From assembly GCF_009914755.1 (NCBI RefSeq), contig NC_060930.1: a stretch of 64,000 bases of DNA; one strand, given 5' to 3'. The notes below the pieces were generated by a model, which was not told the DNA's origin, did no database searches, and saw only the letters and a program-made list of their open reading frames with translations. Below, in pieces: positions 1 to 14,352 of the stretch. Position numbers and translations under genes: made by a program. Positions within the stretch are counted from its first letter, which is position 1, and every line of letters begins with the position of its first letter. The stretch comes from the human T2T-CHM13v2.0 reference genome, Homo sapiens.

Positions 1-39
1 TAGAAACAGATACCCTGTTCTGGAAACTTTGCTTGATGT

Positions 40-347
40 TTTATTTTCCAGAAAGATAGGATTTCACTCTGTAACCCAGGCTGGAGTACAGTGGTGTGAT
101 CACAGCTCACTGCAACCTTGAAATCCTGGGCTCAAGTGATCTTCCCACCTCAGCCTCCTGAATAGCTGGGACTACAGGCATGTGCAACCATGCCTGGCTA
201 ATTTTTTTTTTTTTTTTAATTTTAATAGACCCAAGGTCTAGCTATGTTGCCCAGCCAGGTCTTGAACTCCTGGGCTTAAGCGATCCTCCCGTCTCAGCCT
301 CCCAAAGTGCTAGGATTACAGGCATGAGCTATTGCATCTCGCCTGGT
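40..347 (-). mobile_element. Alu (old, J-like)
   Basis: Antisense Alu with both arms and the central T-rich linker. Confidence 0.9.
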
Positions 348-377
348 TTTAATTTTTACATTTTTTAATGAATTTTG

Positions 378-482
378 AGTCTCACGTTGTTGCCCAGGTT
401 GGTCTTGAACTCCTGGCCTTCAGTCATCCTCCTGCCTCAGCTTCCCAAAGTGCTGGGATTGTAGCTGTGAGCCACCTTGCCT
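378..482 (-). mobile_element. Alu monomer/left-arm fragment (FLAM-like)
   Basis: gttgcccagg...cccaaagtgctgggatt...gagccacc. Confidence 0.8.
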
Positions 483-1399
483 GTTTCTTCCTCTACATTT
501 TCATTTTTTGTCATTCTGAACCTACTCTTATTTGGATTTTGGACCTCCAGGAGTAGTTGTCTGTGTTTCTTGGCCTTGTTCCTCTCATTTTTTCTTTTCT
601 TTGTCTTTTTTGCTCTACTGTCTAGAAGAGTTTTGAAACTGTCTTCCACTCCTTCTGTTGCATTTCTTCCTTGCTGTTCTCATATGTTTCATTTACAAGA
701 GCTTGTTGTTGTTGTTGTTCTCTGAATGTTCCTTATTATAACATTCTTTGGTTCCATACGGGGTCTTTACATTTCACACTAAAGGTTATTATAGGTATTT
801 TTATTATTTTTTGGTTGCTATTCTGGATGGAATATTTTTCCACTATGTTTTAAATTTATTGTTGTAATATTGAAAAATTACTGATATAATGTCATGTTAC
901 TGAACTTTTTATTTCAATAATTTTTCAATTATTTTCTTTTTCCTTTTTTTGATAGAGAATCACATAATTGACAAAAAGCATGCATTTTATCTCTTTATCC
1001 AATTCTGTTTTAAGTTTTATAACATTATCCAGAATAATATTATGTAATGTAAAGTCCATGGTGGGAGACTGTGTATTAATTATCATGTCCCCCACATTTA
1101 GGACATGTACCTATTTAGTTGACAATAAATACATGTCAAATGAATGAATGATGGTTATAGACAGTATCTTTCTTTTGCTTCAAGTTTTAATAATATTAAA
1201 AATGTTCTGTCATTGAGTATAATTGTAATTTTTAGTTTAAGATACATATTCTTTATCATGTTAACAAAATATTATTTTTAAATTTTCTGAAAGCATACAA
1301 TTATTCAAGAAAATATGTTTCCTTTGTGGGTTGTGATCTTGCACTCAGGAACATGTGCTGAATTAGTTTAATTCAACTTTATTTTATAAACTAATAGGG

Positions 1400-2150
1400 G
1401 TAAAAACTAATGGGGACAGACAGTTTGAGACGTGCAGACAGGCACTATTTCTCAGTATTTGATTTGTTGTAACATTTTTACTGGTGACCTGGAAGAGGAA
1501 ATGCTCAGAAAAATCTGAGTTTGCAGGTGACTCTAATATGCAGGTGACTCTAATATTTTTTCTGGTACTACTGAACCACAGGACTATCTACTAAGCTCAG
1601 AGTCTCTGTCACCTGTAATGTAGGGGCTTCCTCCCAGGAAAATACTGCAGCCCAAAGAGGCTGTCAAAGTACTGGACACCCTGGAGCACAGAATATAACA
1701 GTGTCTTGTGCAAGCCATGATTTATCTATGTCAGAGAGTTTCTATGCAGTTTTAGTCAACAAAGACCAAGAGAGGCATAACTGGCTGGAGAACATTCAGA
1801 AACTAATAACCAAAATGATCTTGGGAGGTAGAAGCAAAGACTAAATTAATTATGATTCTTGTCAGAAGGGACATTGACTCTGGAAAATCATCAAAGCCTA
1901 TAAAATCAGAAGCAGTGTGTTTGAGGTGAACACAAAACTCTTCACCAAGGCCTTGAACACAACTGTGGTCTGAAATTAAATAGACTCAAAGTGCCTCAAA
2001 TCTTAAATACGATATATCAAAGACAAATTGAAGGACATCTTGTTTCTTGTGGGGGATAGTAAACAGCTGGACTTCATTTGCCCAAATGACAGTACAGGCC
2101 AAAACTATAAATCAGTTCCTATAAAAGTTGATATATATTCATGGATGATG
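1400..2150 (+). mobile_element. Ancient CR1/L3-like LINE remnant (RT C-terminal region)
   Basis: Degenerate matches to CR1 ORF2 motifs NIFINDL..KFADDTKL (aacatttttactggtgacctgg...agtttgcaggtgactctaa) and LERVQRRATKMI (ctggagaacattcagaaactaataaccaaaatgatc). Confidence 0.55.
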
Positions 2151-2341
2151 AATCCACAGTAGATTAGGAAAAGTGCAATGTTGTTTAGAGGGACAGCCTA
2201 ATATTTTGGAGTTGATGTTCTTGAATCCAGTAAGATCATTCTTATTTTATATATATAATAAAATAAGAAAATTAGCAAAAATTATTTCCAATATGAATAT
2301 TATTTAGTGGTTATTGACTCTTATTTACAATTTAGTAATGC

Positions 2342-2627
<286 letters not shown>

Positions 2628-4382
2628 AATTTAGTAATTTTTGGTTCTTGTCTCCAAAGCATTCACTGGGTGCTCCTGCTCAGATTCCCCATCTTGTAAG
2701 GCTTTCCTTGAAGCCTCCACCTCCTGCAGCTGCCCTAGGCAGAAGCTCAATATTGGGAAGGCATCAGCAGCAGGAGTTTGAAGATCCTGGTCCAAGTCCC
2801 GGCTCCTACTCCTCCTAGTCCTCATCCTGGCAAAGCCAAGTACTCTCTCTCTGAGTTTTGTTTTTCTCACTTATAAAATAGGAAGTAATGATTTCCCAGT
2901 ATTCTTCACATTCACATTTTTGTGAAAAGGAAATCTAGTTAACATTTCTAGACGTGCTTTGGGAGCCATAAGGTGCTGGCTTCGCAATGATGGGTACAGA
3001 TGGAGTGGCCTGTTTTCCAAACCTCTGAGTCATTACTTCTCTCTTCCCTGGTCCCTGACACCCTGCGAATGAACCCCCATGTGGCCTCTTGCTCTGGCAA
3101 GCTGGTTTGATTATGTGCAGGGCTCCTCTGCCCCTGAAGCCTAAAGCCTAGTGAAAGGCAGACTGGGTGGAGACCCTGGCAGTTCTCTTCTAGGCTCACA
3201 CCCTCATCTTGACCTTCAGCTCCCCTTCCTCCACTCCATGGAAACAGAATTGTCAATGTATCCCCCTAAAACCTAGGGTAGAGCAAAACCAGCTGGACCT
3301 TCCCCTCTGCCTTTCCCTGGGGTGAGACCTAGACTCCCCATTGGCTCCCTTCCCCTCCCCAGCCCCCATTAAGGGGAAATTGGGAGTCATTTACTTTCTG
3401 TACTAGCTGTGTGGGACATGAGAGAAAAATGAGCAATGTGAAGCCAGCCAACAACAGAAGGAGACCCAGGGAAGGAGCCAAGTGGAAAACAGCCTGAAAA
3501 ACCTTTGTGCCATCCTTTGAGCGTATCATTTCCTACCACCAGAGCCTAATTCTGTCCTTGAGGAATATATGATCTTAAGACTTCACCTCCTCTAAGAGGA
3601 AGGCAGCCTTGGGCTCCTGTTAGAGATCTTAGTGTGCAAAACTGCAAAGCACTTAGAATGTCACTTCTGACCTTATAATATTCTTCTGTAACAATAGCTG
3701 GCACACATCATTATACATCATACTGTTACCGGTATGCATATATTGTTATCTCCCCAGCTATATTGTAATTCCTCAAGGGCATGGAACATATTTTATACAT
3801 CTTTTTTGGCTTAATGGATATGTACTAATTATGTGTACCTAGAGGAATCCTTTCATCTGGCAGTCAGAGGTATCCAGAATGAACTTGTCAGTTACGTAAG
3901 CCCCATCCAGCATGATTCCATGATGCAGTGCCTCTAGCGCGGTGCTGTAGGACGTGAAGCATCACAGGTGATTTGGAGAGGTGGATGCTTCTTGCCCAGA
4001 GTCACTTACCTGCCTGGCTTTGATCTTCATGCTTCTGCCGTTTCTTTCTTCCTCTTCAAAACCAGATGTCTTCCTCCCCTTGGCCAAAAAGAATATACCA
4101 GTGAAGTGGTATGTCAGGGCATTAATAATGAGAAGTGTGCAGACTGTAGTTTATGAGGATTTCAGGTTCTTTGATTTAGAATATGATTGTTTGCTACAAA
4201 TTAACTTCATCATGGGTGAATATAGCAAAAAGTGGGCAAAAGTAACTGATCTGGGCTTGTCATCTGTGCACTTAATGGACAAGGTATGAGGGTTATCTAA
4301 TTGATGTTTCTAAAGTTTCAAAATGTGTTCAGATACACAATGGTCACTGAGGAGAGATGTTATTAGCTTGACTGCCATTGTA

Positions 4383-4428
4383 TTAGGTTGGTGCAAAAGT
4401 GATTGCGGTTTTTGTCATGAAAGGTGAT
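4383..4428. mobile_element. Half MADE1 (Hsmar1 mariner MITE), single TIR
   Basis: ta|ttaggttggtgcaaaagtgattgcggtttttg matches the MADE1 TIR; second arm absent. Confidence 0.8.
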
Positions 4429-5712
4429 AGTATAGTATTTGGGGGCTTAACTTCTGAAGCTTAGTGAACCTACATTCACTTGAAGACTCTGCCTCTTACT
4501 AACTGTGTGATTTGGGACAGATTTCAGAATTTCTGCTGTCCTGTTTCCTCATGTACAAGGGATCCTATTTGATAGGGTTGTTGAGAGAATTAATTGAAAG
4601 AAACCATCTAAAATGCTTAGCACAGGCCTAGTCTATCCTGGATTAATGAAAGTCTAGTCAGTTGTTGGCATAGTATGAGTTAGTGGGTTTGATGTGCACA
4701 CATAAATGCCTGTGCAAATACTGAGGAAGGGTTCTAGGAGTCACAGCAACAAGCAGAGTTTGAGTTACGTAAGCCTTCAAAAGTGTGTGTTCTGACCACT
4801 GATGTTGCCATTTCAAGTTATTCTAAACTGGTTAACCACAGATGGGATTAAAGCAAAAATTATGAATATATTTTATTTATTTTATTACGGTAAGACAAAA
4901 TAACAGATTAACGTGTACACAACAAATAATGTGAGAGAAAAAAAATCTCTGTTTGGTAGGATTAGTGTTTTCACTTGTATTCAGTCTGGCCAACACGGGA
5001 ATTGATGCTATTTTAAGTATACTTTTCAGCCATAATTATCCAAGTAAAATCAAAAGCAGTTGTTTATTGAAAAGTACTGCATTTAAGATAAGAAATTTAG
5101 TATATTGCAGACCACAGTTTGGAGATCACACTGAATTATATCCTACAAGGAAATATCATTCTAGATACCTTATAGAGGTGTACTTATACTAAATGTTACT
5201 CCAGATCTCAGGAAGCATATGTTGTAGGGATACCACAACACACATAGGGGAGAAATGCACTTTTAATGAGCCCTACTAATTTGACATTCATAATTCAGAA
5301 GGGAGATAGGCTGACATGGGCCTTTTTCTCTGTAAAGATCAAGAATGTGACAGATGATTGTAGGAACAATTACTTTACAAAAGAGAACCACCTCATTTCA
5401 AGGACCTCTTAGTGCAAAGAAAGAAAAGGGTGGCCATTTTCTTATGGCCTTCAGTCATTTCTTTGGTTTATTTAGCACTGGCTCAGGTACTAGTTTCAGG
5501 GTGTAAAAATCCCCGATGCAGAGAACATTCTGCAACTCTGCAATACGTACAGAGCCCTAGAATGGAAAAGTGCTAACGAATTTCATGACCTAATTTAAAT
5601 TCCCCAGTGTGGCTAATTGGGGAACTGTGTTTTACTGATCTGAATTGCTAATTTTTATAGATATTACTTTAACAGCTGTCCATTTGTAATTTATGTCAGG
5701 GTGTTTCCAGGG

Positions 5713-6043
<331 letters not shown>

Positions 6044-7932
6044 TAGTTTTTATTCCTAGTAAAAATAGGCTCTCATTACTAATTATTTTGAGTAGGTATA
6101 TATAGTATATTTTTAATTGGTGATATATTGGAATACCCTTTTAGAATAATAATGTTTCATCTAATCAGAAATCTAAACAACCACTTGGTGATTACTGTGT
6201 ACTCAAAGCCAGTTAGTACATTAGCGAAGTCACCAAAAGAATCATTTCCATTTCAAAATCTTGGGCGTTTGGTGGTATATATTTTTATTTTAGTGTATGA
6301 GAAAGTCAACCATTGCTATCCCAAATGACAGAAGTTATTCTTTTGCTTATTACATTTAATTATTTTTCTTTGCCATTTAATTGTAATACAGGGCTTCTAT
6401 ATTTTGAATGTGTGTTAAACGAATTTAGATTTATAATTTTATATTTTAATGATTAATATCAAATTCTCTTTTTAACTCTGTGAACATGAGTCATTTGAAT
6501 TACTCAGTTATGCAGACAACATATTTTCAGCTACCTATATCTAGTTCAAAACGTGCCAATGAAAGATCTGTTTTCCCTTATTTTAGTTACAAATGATCTT
6601 GTAATCAGGATTAGTTCAAAAAGAACAAAATATTTTTACAGCATAACAAAAGGCTGTTGATGATAAACCTGAATCATCCATTTATTGGAGGTCTGAGAAC
6701 TTAAATTAGTCTATCAGTTCATGTGAATCTCTTTCTTAAACCTTAGCAAAAAACATTTCAATAGTTTACTCTTAATCATCTAATTATTTACTGTTGATTT
6801 TGTGGTTGTATGACCATTGAATGCTTGAATTATAGCTCAAAGCTATCATTCATTCAAAATTAAGGATTACAAGGATGTGTTTTCATATATTGTTTTGTAT
6901 TATGCTACATTTCACTTTTTATTGGAAATAATATTTATCTTGTAATTTTCTCTTTGAGAATAAGTATATTTTGGTAAAATTCCTCTTCAGTTCACTTTGT
7001 GAGAAATTCAAATTTAATAGGCAGTAATTGAACTTTTTTAAAAGAGCACTGATCTTTAATGGTAATCATTGTGATGGCTGCTAAAGGATGTAATAGGTAG
7101 TTTCATTTGCCTTTGGTCCTGAGCAATCTGAACAACAGAATTCCAAAAGTCCCATTCATATAGAGAGATGCCCGAGCGCTTCCTACCGCTCAGATACGGT
7201 CATGGTTTCCTTTTAATGGTGGTAATGGCACCAAAAGTAGATGTTTGATTTTTTAATATTCTTCCACATATATGTATAAAATTAAAATTTCCCATCTTAC
7301 TCTAAAAAGACTCTACTTGTATTCCAATTGCAGGCACCCAAAGGTGCTTTGTGCAGGCAGTTTTTGTTTAGTTTTTGTTTTGGCAGTAGAGCCTGTAGGT
7401 CCTCAGGGATGCAGCGGCTCTCAGGATCTACATTATTCATGCATCGTTGTTTAACGTCCTTCTAGCAGCAAGGATGTGTGCTGGCAGACCACCTCCACTT
7501 TCACTTAGAAAATTGCCAGCTAGTGCTCCTGCCTTCTAAGTGATTACTTTGCTTTGCTCGAAGTATCTATATGAAGATAAATCTTTTGCTAGGTAGCAAT
7601 TCCTCAAGCACTGTCCCCCCCGCCACAGCAAAAATGATGGCAGATATGGTGTGTTCAAATGACTGCTAAATAGGCAAGCTGCATTTTCACAGGATAGTGT
7701 ATAATATTTTAAGAACTATTGTCTTGATTATGCAAATATAGAAAGAACTAGCAAAGCTTACTGGGGAAAAGCAATAGGAACTGTTCTGCATTGTTTTTGG
7801 GGAAGAAGTGTTTGCTATTTAATGATTTGGAAGTTTGCTTCTTGTTATTGGAACTTAGCATTAGTTTGATTACCTTGGTAAATACACATACATTTCACAA
7901 TCAAAATAGATTATTTAAATCTCCCAAGGTAG

Positions 7933-8224
<292 letters not shown>

Positions 8225-9435
8225 GGATGCTTTTTTGACACCCCCACTTCTACTCAGCTTTCTTTCCTTCCTTCAGAACCCTGTTCAGGGTGTGAAGGAC
8301 AAGTTAAGCCATCTCCGTCTCTCTCATACTGCAGCCCACCTGTTCTTTAGGTCATAACCACAGACTCACATCTTTAAAGAAAGTTAGCAAATCAACTCAG
8401 AACCCTTACATGGGTCTTTCTCTCCTGCTGTCTCATCAATCAGAGCAAGTTCAACTTTCTACTAAATTTATCTATATTTATATATGTATGTTTATAAAAG
8501 GTATGAGTTAGGTGTGCAAAAATGTAACATTATGGGTTAAATAACCTTATTTAACCCATACCTTACATGATTTAAGGTATTACTAAACATGCATCCTAAG
8601 GTAAATAAACCCAGCACAGGAACTGCCCATTTCCACTGATGATAGAAAGGTGTCTGTTTCTAAATGTTTAGTCTCAGCTTCTCAGGGGTCTCCCCTTCTC
8701 ATTTCTTTCTTCCTTTCTCCTTCCGGCTGATCCAAGTTCCCAGGGGGCCTTTGGGGAACAGACCCTTGTCCAGGCGCTGTCCTCTGTCCAGGATTGTCTC
8801 AGTTCACTAGGCCTGGTCTTGGGATTCAGCCCATTGCTTCCACGTCTGAATTGGCTGGCCCTGACCCCTCCAGGGTCTCTGGTGAAGCCCAGAGGCCCTG
8901 CATCCCCCCTTGCCCTGACCCCAGGCACCTCTAGCCCTTTTTTCAGAGATTCAGAAAAGTTCCAGAAATGTTCTTATCATGAATTGCCCCAGGATCGTGT
9001 GTCTGAGAAGGTCACTCAGTCATCACCACTCTGAAGCTCAAGCTCTAATGAGAAGCTGGACCTCTCTCTGAGAGGTAGAGCCTCAGAGCTCACACCCTGG
9101 GAGGCCAGCTCCTTGTTCTGTAGGACTCCCAGAACATTATCTGCGATTTCTGTCAACCTGTTCCTCCCTAGATCACTTGGCCCAAGGGAGAGAACCACTA
9201 GACCTTTTCCTAGGGACCCAAACAGCTTCTGAAATCTGATCTTGTCCTTCTTTATCCTTATCCTGTTGACTGACGGAACCTTTGTCTCCTTTTGGGAGGC
9301 AACTAGCTCTTACCTTATTCTTAGCAATCTTTGGTTCTGTTGATACACTTGATGCCTTCCCCTTCAAGTTTTACTCTTTAGAATTCCACATCACTCTCCT
9401 CTCAATCATTTGGCGTTGGAAAATTTTGGCTTTCA

Positions 9436-10030
<595 letters not shown>

Positions 10031-11225
10031 CTATCTATGCGTCTTTTATGTGGCACCTTGTGTGGCTTTCCTGAGTTCAAATAAGCCACTGAAAAAATAC
10101 CTCAGTGAAAGTTTCAATCCATGAGTTGTTTCTTTTCATCTCAAGGCTGCTTATCAGAGGACATAAAACAGCATTAACTGTGACAGAAGAAAAGGACGAA
10201 GGCCGAGCAGGCTCATATCCCTGCGTAAGTCCTGAACCATGCTTCGTTAAAGTCTGTACTTTGAAGAGTTTCAGGCCTTGTTGTTAATCAATAACTCTAG
10301 CCATGTAGTGTGCAGTTTAAGAGAACACAAGGATCAAGGAGAAGCAACTCTTATCTACATTGCTTTTGCCTGTAATGGCTTCCATAATTTATCCACAAGG
10401 AGAAACAAGCAATGAGAAAAATCCTCCCTGGCCGGTCAGAGCCTGTTCATATTTTGGCAACAAATGAAGCTAAGGAGTTGTCAGGTGTGGTAGATTATTC
10501 CCAAGAGGATGTGTTTTATTTTTATCTTGTGATGAAACGCCCTCTGATGAGCACAGCAGATAGCACTTTTAACAAACTCTCTTTGGAGAATAAGTATTTA
10601 ATTCTATTACAGAATGCCAACAAGGTGGCTGTTTCACAATGAACTGTCCCCTGTGAAGTACTATAGAGCAGATACAGGGTGCACCTCAGTTGTTATTTGA
10701 AGGATCAGTTATCAGTGGTAATGTGCACTTAAATCCACTGGGAATCTTGTGAAAATGCAGTAGGTCTGGAGAGGGGCCCAAGATTTGGCATTTCTGACAC
10801 GCTTCCAGGTTATTTTAATGCCTGGTCCCTGTTTCTCACTTCACACAGCAAAGTTTTAGAGCACCTTAGAGATCTCAAATAACTTTGTGCAGAAATTTCT
10901 TACTGGATTAGTGGAGCCAGTAAGGACTTGCAATGCCATTGGCTTTTATGGGCCCCTCAGCTTGCCAATCATTAGGGAAATTGCCCAACTGGAAACTAAT
11001 AGCTTAAGCAAGGAAAATCCCGTCCCTGGCCAGGACAGCACCTCTGCAAACATCCATCCGGAATTGATTCTGATGTTCTGACTGTGCATCGGAAGGGTAG
11101 CTTGAAGAATGCCTTTATTTTAGACTCTGCCCACCTGCAGGCTACAGGACTCATTTCCAGGACTGTGTAAAACATTGTATCTATAGGAGCAAGCAATTTC
11201 TACAGTCCGTATTTGGGACCAAAAA

Positions 11226-11260
<35 letters not shown>

Positions 11261-11724
11261 AGGATTGGAATGACCAAGGAACCAGTTAGAATGGATCAGA
11301 TGTATTTCTGTTGATTTACAAAAGATAATTTCATTGTCAGTAATGAATGTCCCTAAATGTTTTGGACACAATAAGGAGTTTCAGGAGAAAACCGTAATAG
11401 TGAGTAGTTATCCTTTTCTTAGGATTTTGATTCCTTAACATGAAATGCTGATTCCAATGCTTTGGCTTTCCTATGTCAGTTCATACAAACTTCTGATTTT
11501 ATTAATTATTGCTTCTGTAGAGAATAATCTGCCATATTAGACGAAAGTCATTTTATCAAACCAAGGAAAAATATTAAGTCTACTAGAAAATATAAGAGTT
11601 TTATTGACTATTGTCTTTAAATTTTTTTAAAATTATGGAACAGTTTAAATGTACAAAAATGAAAGTACAGGTTACAAAGCCCTATATACATTAATCTTCT
11701 AGCTGCACTGGTTACCAACTTATG

Positions 11725-11930
11725 GTGCTAGGGGCTAAATGTGTCTCCCCAAGATTCATATGTTGAAGTCTAATCCCCAGTGTGATAGCAGTAGGAGGGG
11801 AGCCTTTGGGCAGTGATTAGTTCATGAGGGTGGAACCCTTATAAATGGAATTAGTGCCCTTATAGGAAGAGATACAACTTGCTCTTGGACTTCCCATCCT
11901 CCAGAACTATGGGAAATAAGTTTTCATTCC
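11725..11930 (+). mobile_element. MaLR LTR fragment (MLT1/MST)
   Basis: tgctaggggctaaatgtgtctccccaagattcatatgttgaag...cttggacttcccatcctccagaact. Confidence 0.7.
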
Positions 11931-12142
11931 AATGCAGTATTTTGATGAAAATGTGTCATAAGTGGTGCTGAATGTTTTCCATTGTACTGCATTAGGAGAT
12001 ACATAAGGTTTGGTTTCTCTTTTTTTGCAATATTGTTAAATACAGTCTTAACTTTAAGTATAGTCTTAACTTTCATACTCTCATACGAGAGTTCAGAAAT
12101 CTTACCCGAAACTCGATTCTACCTTTGATAAATGAAATATGG

Positions 12143-12596
12143 CAGTGGTCCCCAACCTTTTTGGCACCAGGGACCAGTTGTGTGGAAGATAATTTTTCCA
12201 TAGATCGGGGGGTGGGTGGGGAGGATGGTTTCAGGATGAAACTGTTCCACCTCAGATGGTCAGGCATTAGATTCTCACAGGGAACGTGCAACCATTAATA
12301 TATCCCTTGCATGTGTAGTTCGTAGTCTTTTCTATGATATGTAGTCCAATTTAATTTGCAATGGTTTGAATGTTTGTGTCCTCCCAAAATTCGTATACCA
12401 GAACCTAATCCCTAATGTGATAGTATAAGAGTTCACGCTCCTATGAGAATATAATACTGCCGCTGATCTAATAGGAGGCAGAGGTCAGGCAGTAATGCTC
12501 ACTCGCCCGCCCACCACTCACCTCTTTCTGTGCAGCCCAGTTCGTTACAGGCCACGGACCAGTACCAGTCCATAGCCCAGGGGTGGGGGATCCCTG
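12143..12596. mobile_element. MER1 (hAT-Charlie, MER1B-sized) interrupted by a 107-bp insertion at 12325-12431
   Basis: Ends cagtggtccccaacc / gggtgggggatccctg; perfect 8-bp TSD aaatatgg at 12135-12142 and 12597-12604. Confidence 0.88.
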
Positions 12597-12669
12597 AAAT
12601 ATGGTATATAGAACTAAATATATAAAATCTAATATATACATTGATATTTATATATGTAATATAAAAGAT

Positions 12670-13009
12670 TATGTCTTTCAGGCTTCTATAACAAAATACC
12701 ATAGACTGGGTAGCTTATAAACTACAGAAAGTTATTTCTCACAGTTCTGGAGGGTGGAAGGTCAAAAGGTCAAGATGCTGGCCGATTCAGTGTCTGGTGA
12801 CTGCCTGATTCCTGGTTCACTGATGGTGCCTTCTCACATGGTGGAGGGGGCATGGCAATTCTCTGGGGTCTTTTTTTATAAGAGCACTAATCCCGTTTAT
12901 GCCTCAGGACCTAATCACTTTCCCAAAGTCCCACCTCTTATACTATCACATTAGGGATTAGCTTCCGGCATATGAATTTTGGGAAGACACAAACATTCAA
13001 ATGATAGCA
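12670..13009 (-). mobile_element. MaLR LTR (MLT1A/MST-like)
   Basis: ataacaaaataccatagactgggtagcttataaac...gacacaaacattcaaatgatagca. Confidence 0.8.
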
Positions 13010-14352
13010 GATTAAATTGGACTACATGTCATAGAAAAGACAAAATTAAAGTGGCCTATACAAGATAGAAGTTTAGCAAATCTAAAGATAGGCACCTCTG
13101 AGTGGTATGACATCCCCACAGTCATCCAGGAACCACATTTTTGCGTGTATGTCTTCCATGCTTAAGATTGCCTCATGTTCCAAAATGGCCCCTGGAGCTC
13201 TAGCCATCATATCTGCTTCTCTGGCTGGTAACATAAATGGAGATAAGAGGATAGGAAAAAAAAGCCCTACCTCCCAGGTCAGCCAGTCCCAGACCCCAAA
13301 CAAGGATGTCTGCATATTTCAAAATGGCAATTCATACCTTCAAAAAAAGCAGGAAATGTTGGAAAGTCAGGATTCCCACTGTGGGAAGCTGTCAAAATAT
13401 TAATAAGGTATTTCAAAGACTTTGGGCAGCCACAAACGATAAACATCCATTACATGTAGTTTAGAATTGTATCCTAGTGCAACTGTTATTATGTGAACAT
13501 GATTACCAAATCTTGGAAAGAAAAGATTGGCTCAAATATGAAAAATAGAGGAATGCATAAGAATCCAGAGAAATCCTTTGCTAACATATTGTCAGTATTT
13601 GATAAATTTTTGTCCTAACACCAGGCTGAAATGGAAGCTCAACTCAGGTTTGCCCAAGAAGAAGCAGGACTCCTGATTTGAAGGGTGGTGTGGGGGAGGG
13701 TTTCTAGCAGGGAATGGATGCTTAAGCCAGTGGTGGGACATAGATGTTACATAGTTTTCCTCAGTGCTATAAAGAAACACGAAACAAATAGCTTCTCCAG
13801 CAACCAGAGCCAACAGACTGTCACTTCTCTAAACATTTAAGCTGCTTTCCTGCAGTTCTATTTTCAAAGTAAATGATCTATTCAGCTGTTTGCTTTTGTT
13901 GTTTGTTTTGGCAGGAAATTTGAATAGGGACAGAATAATAGCTAAAATTGATTGAGTACTTACTGCGTGCCACACACTGTTTTGGGTAGTTTACATTTAA
14001 ACATCACAGGCCATAATATTGGCGTTATTACTAGCCATTTTACGGATGGATAAACTAAGGCACAGAGAGGTTAAGTAATTTGCCGAAAGGGATGCTGCGG
14101 GTAAGAGCTAGAACTGGGATTTGCACTCTGGCACTATGCTGTATTGTAATAGATCCACCGTAACACATATCCTCCCGTGAGTATATTTTGCAAATTGTGA
14201 AGGGAAGCAAGGGGAGGGAGAATGGGGCATTGGCTCTAAGTTGCTTCATTATAGAGAGTGAAACGGGGAGAAGAGATTGTCTGGGGTTCACAGTGTTAGT
14301 GCAGACATCGTTCTGGATCCTGGGTGCCGCCCCCTCTTTAGCGCCTCACTCA

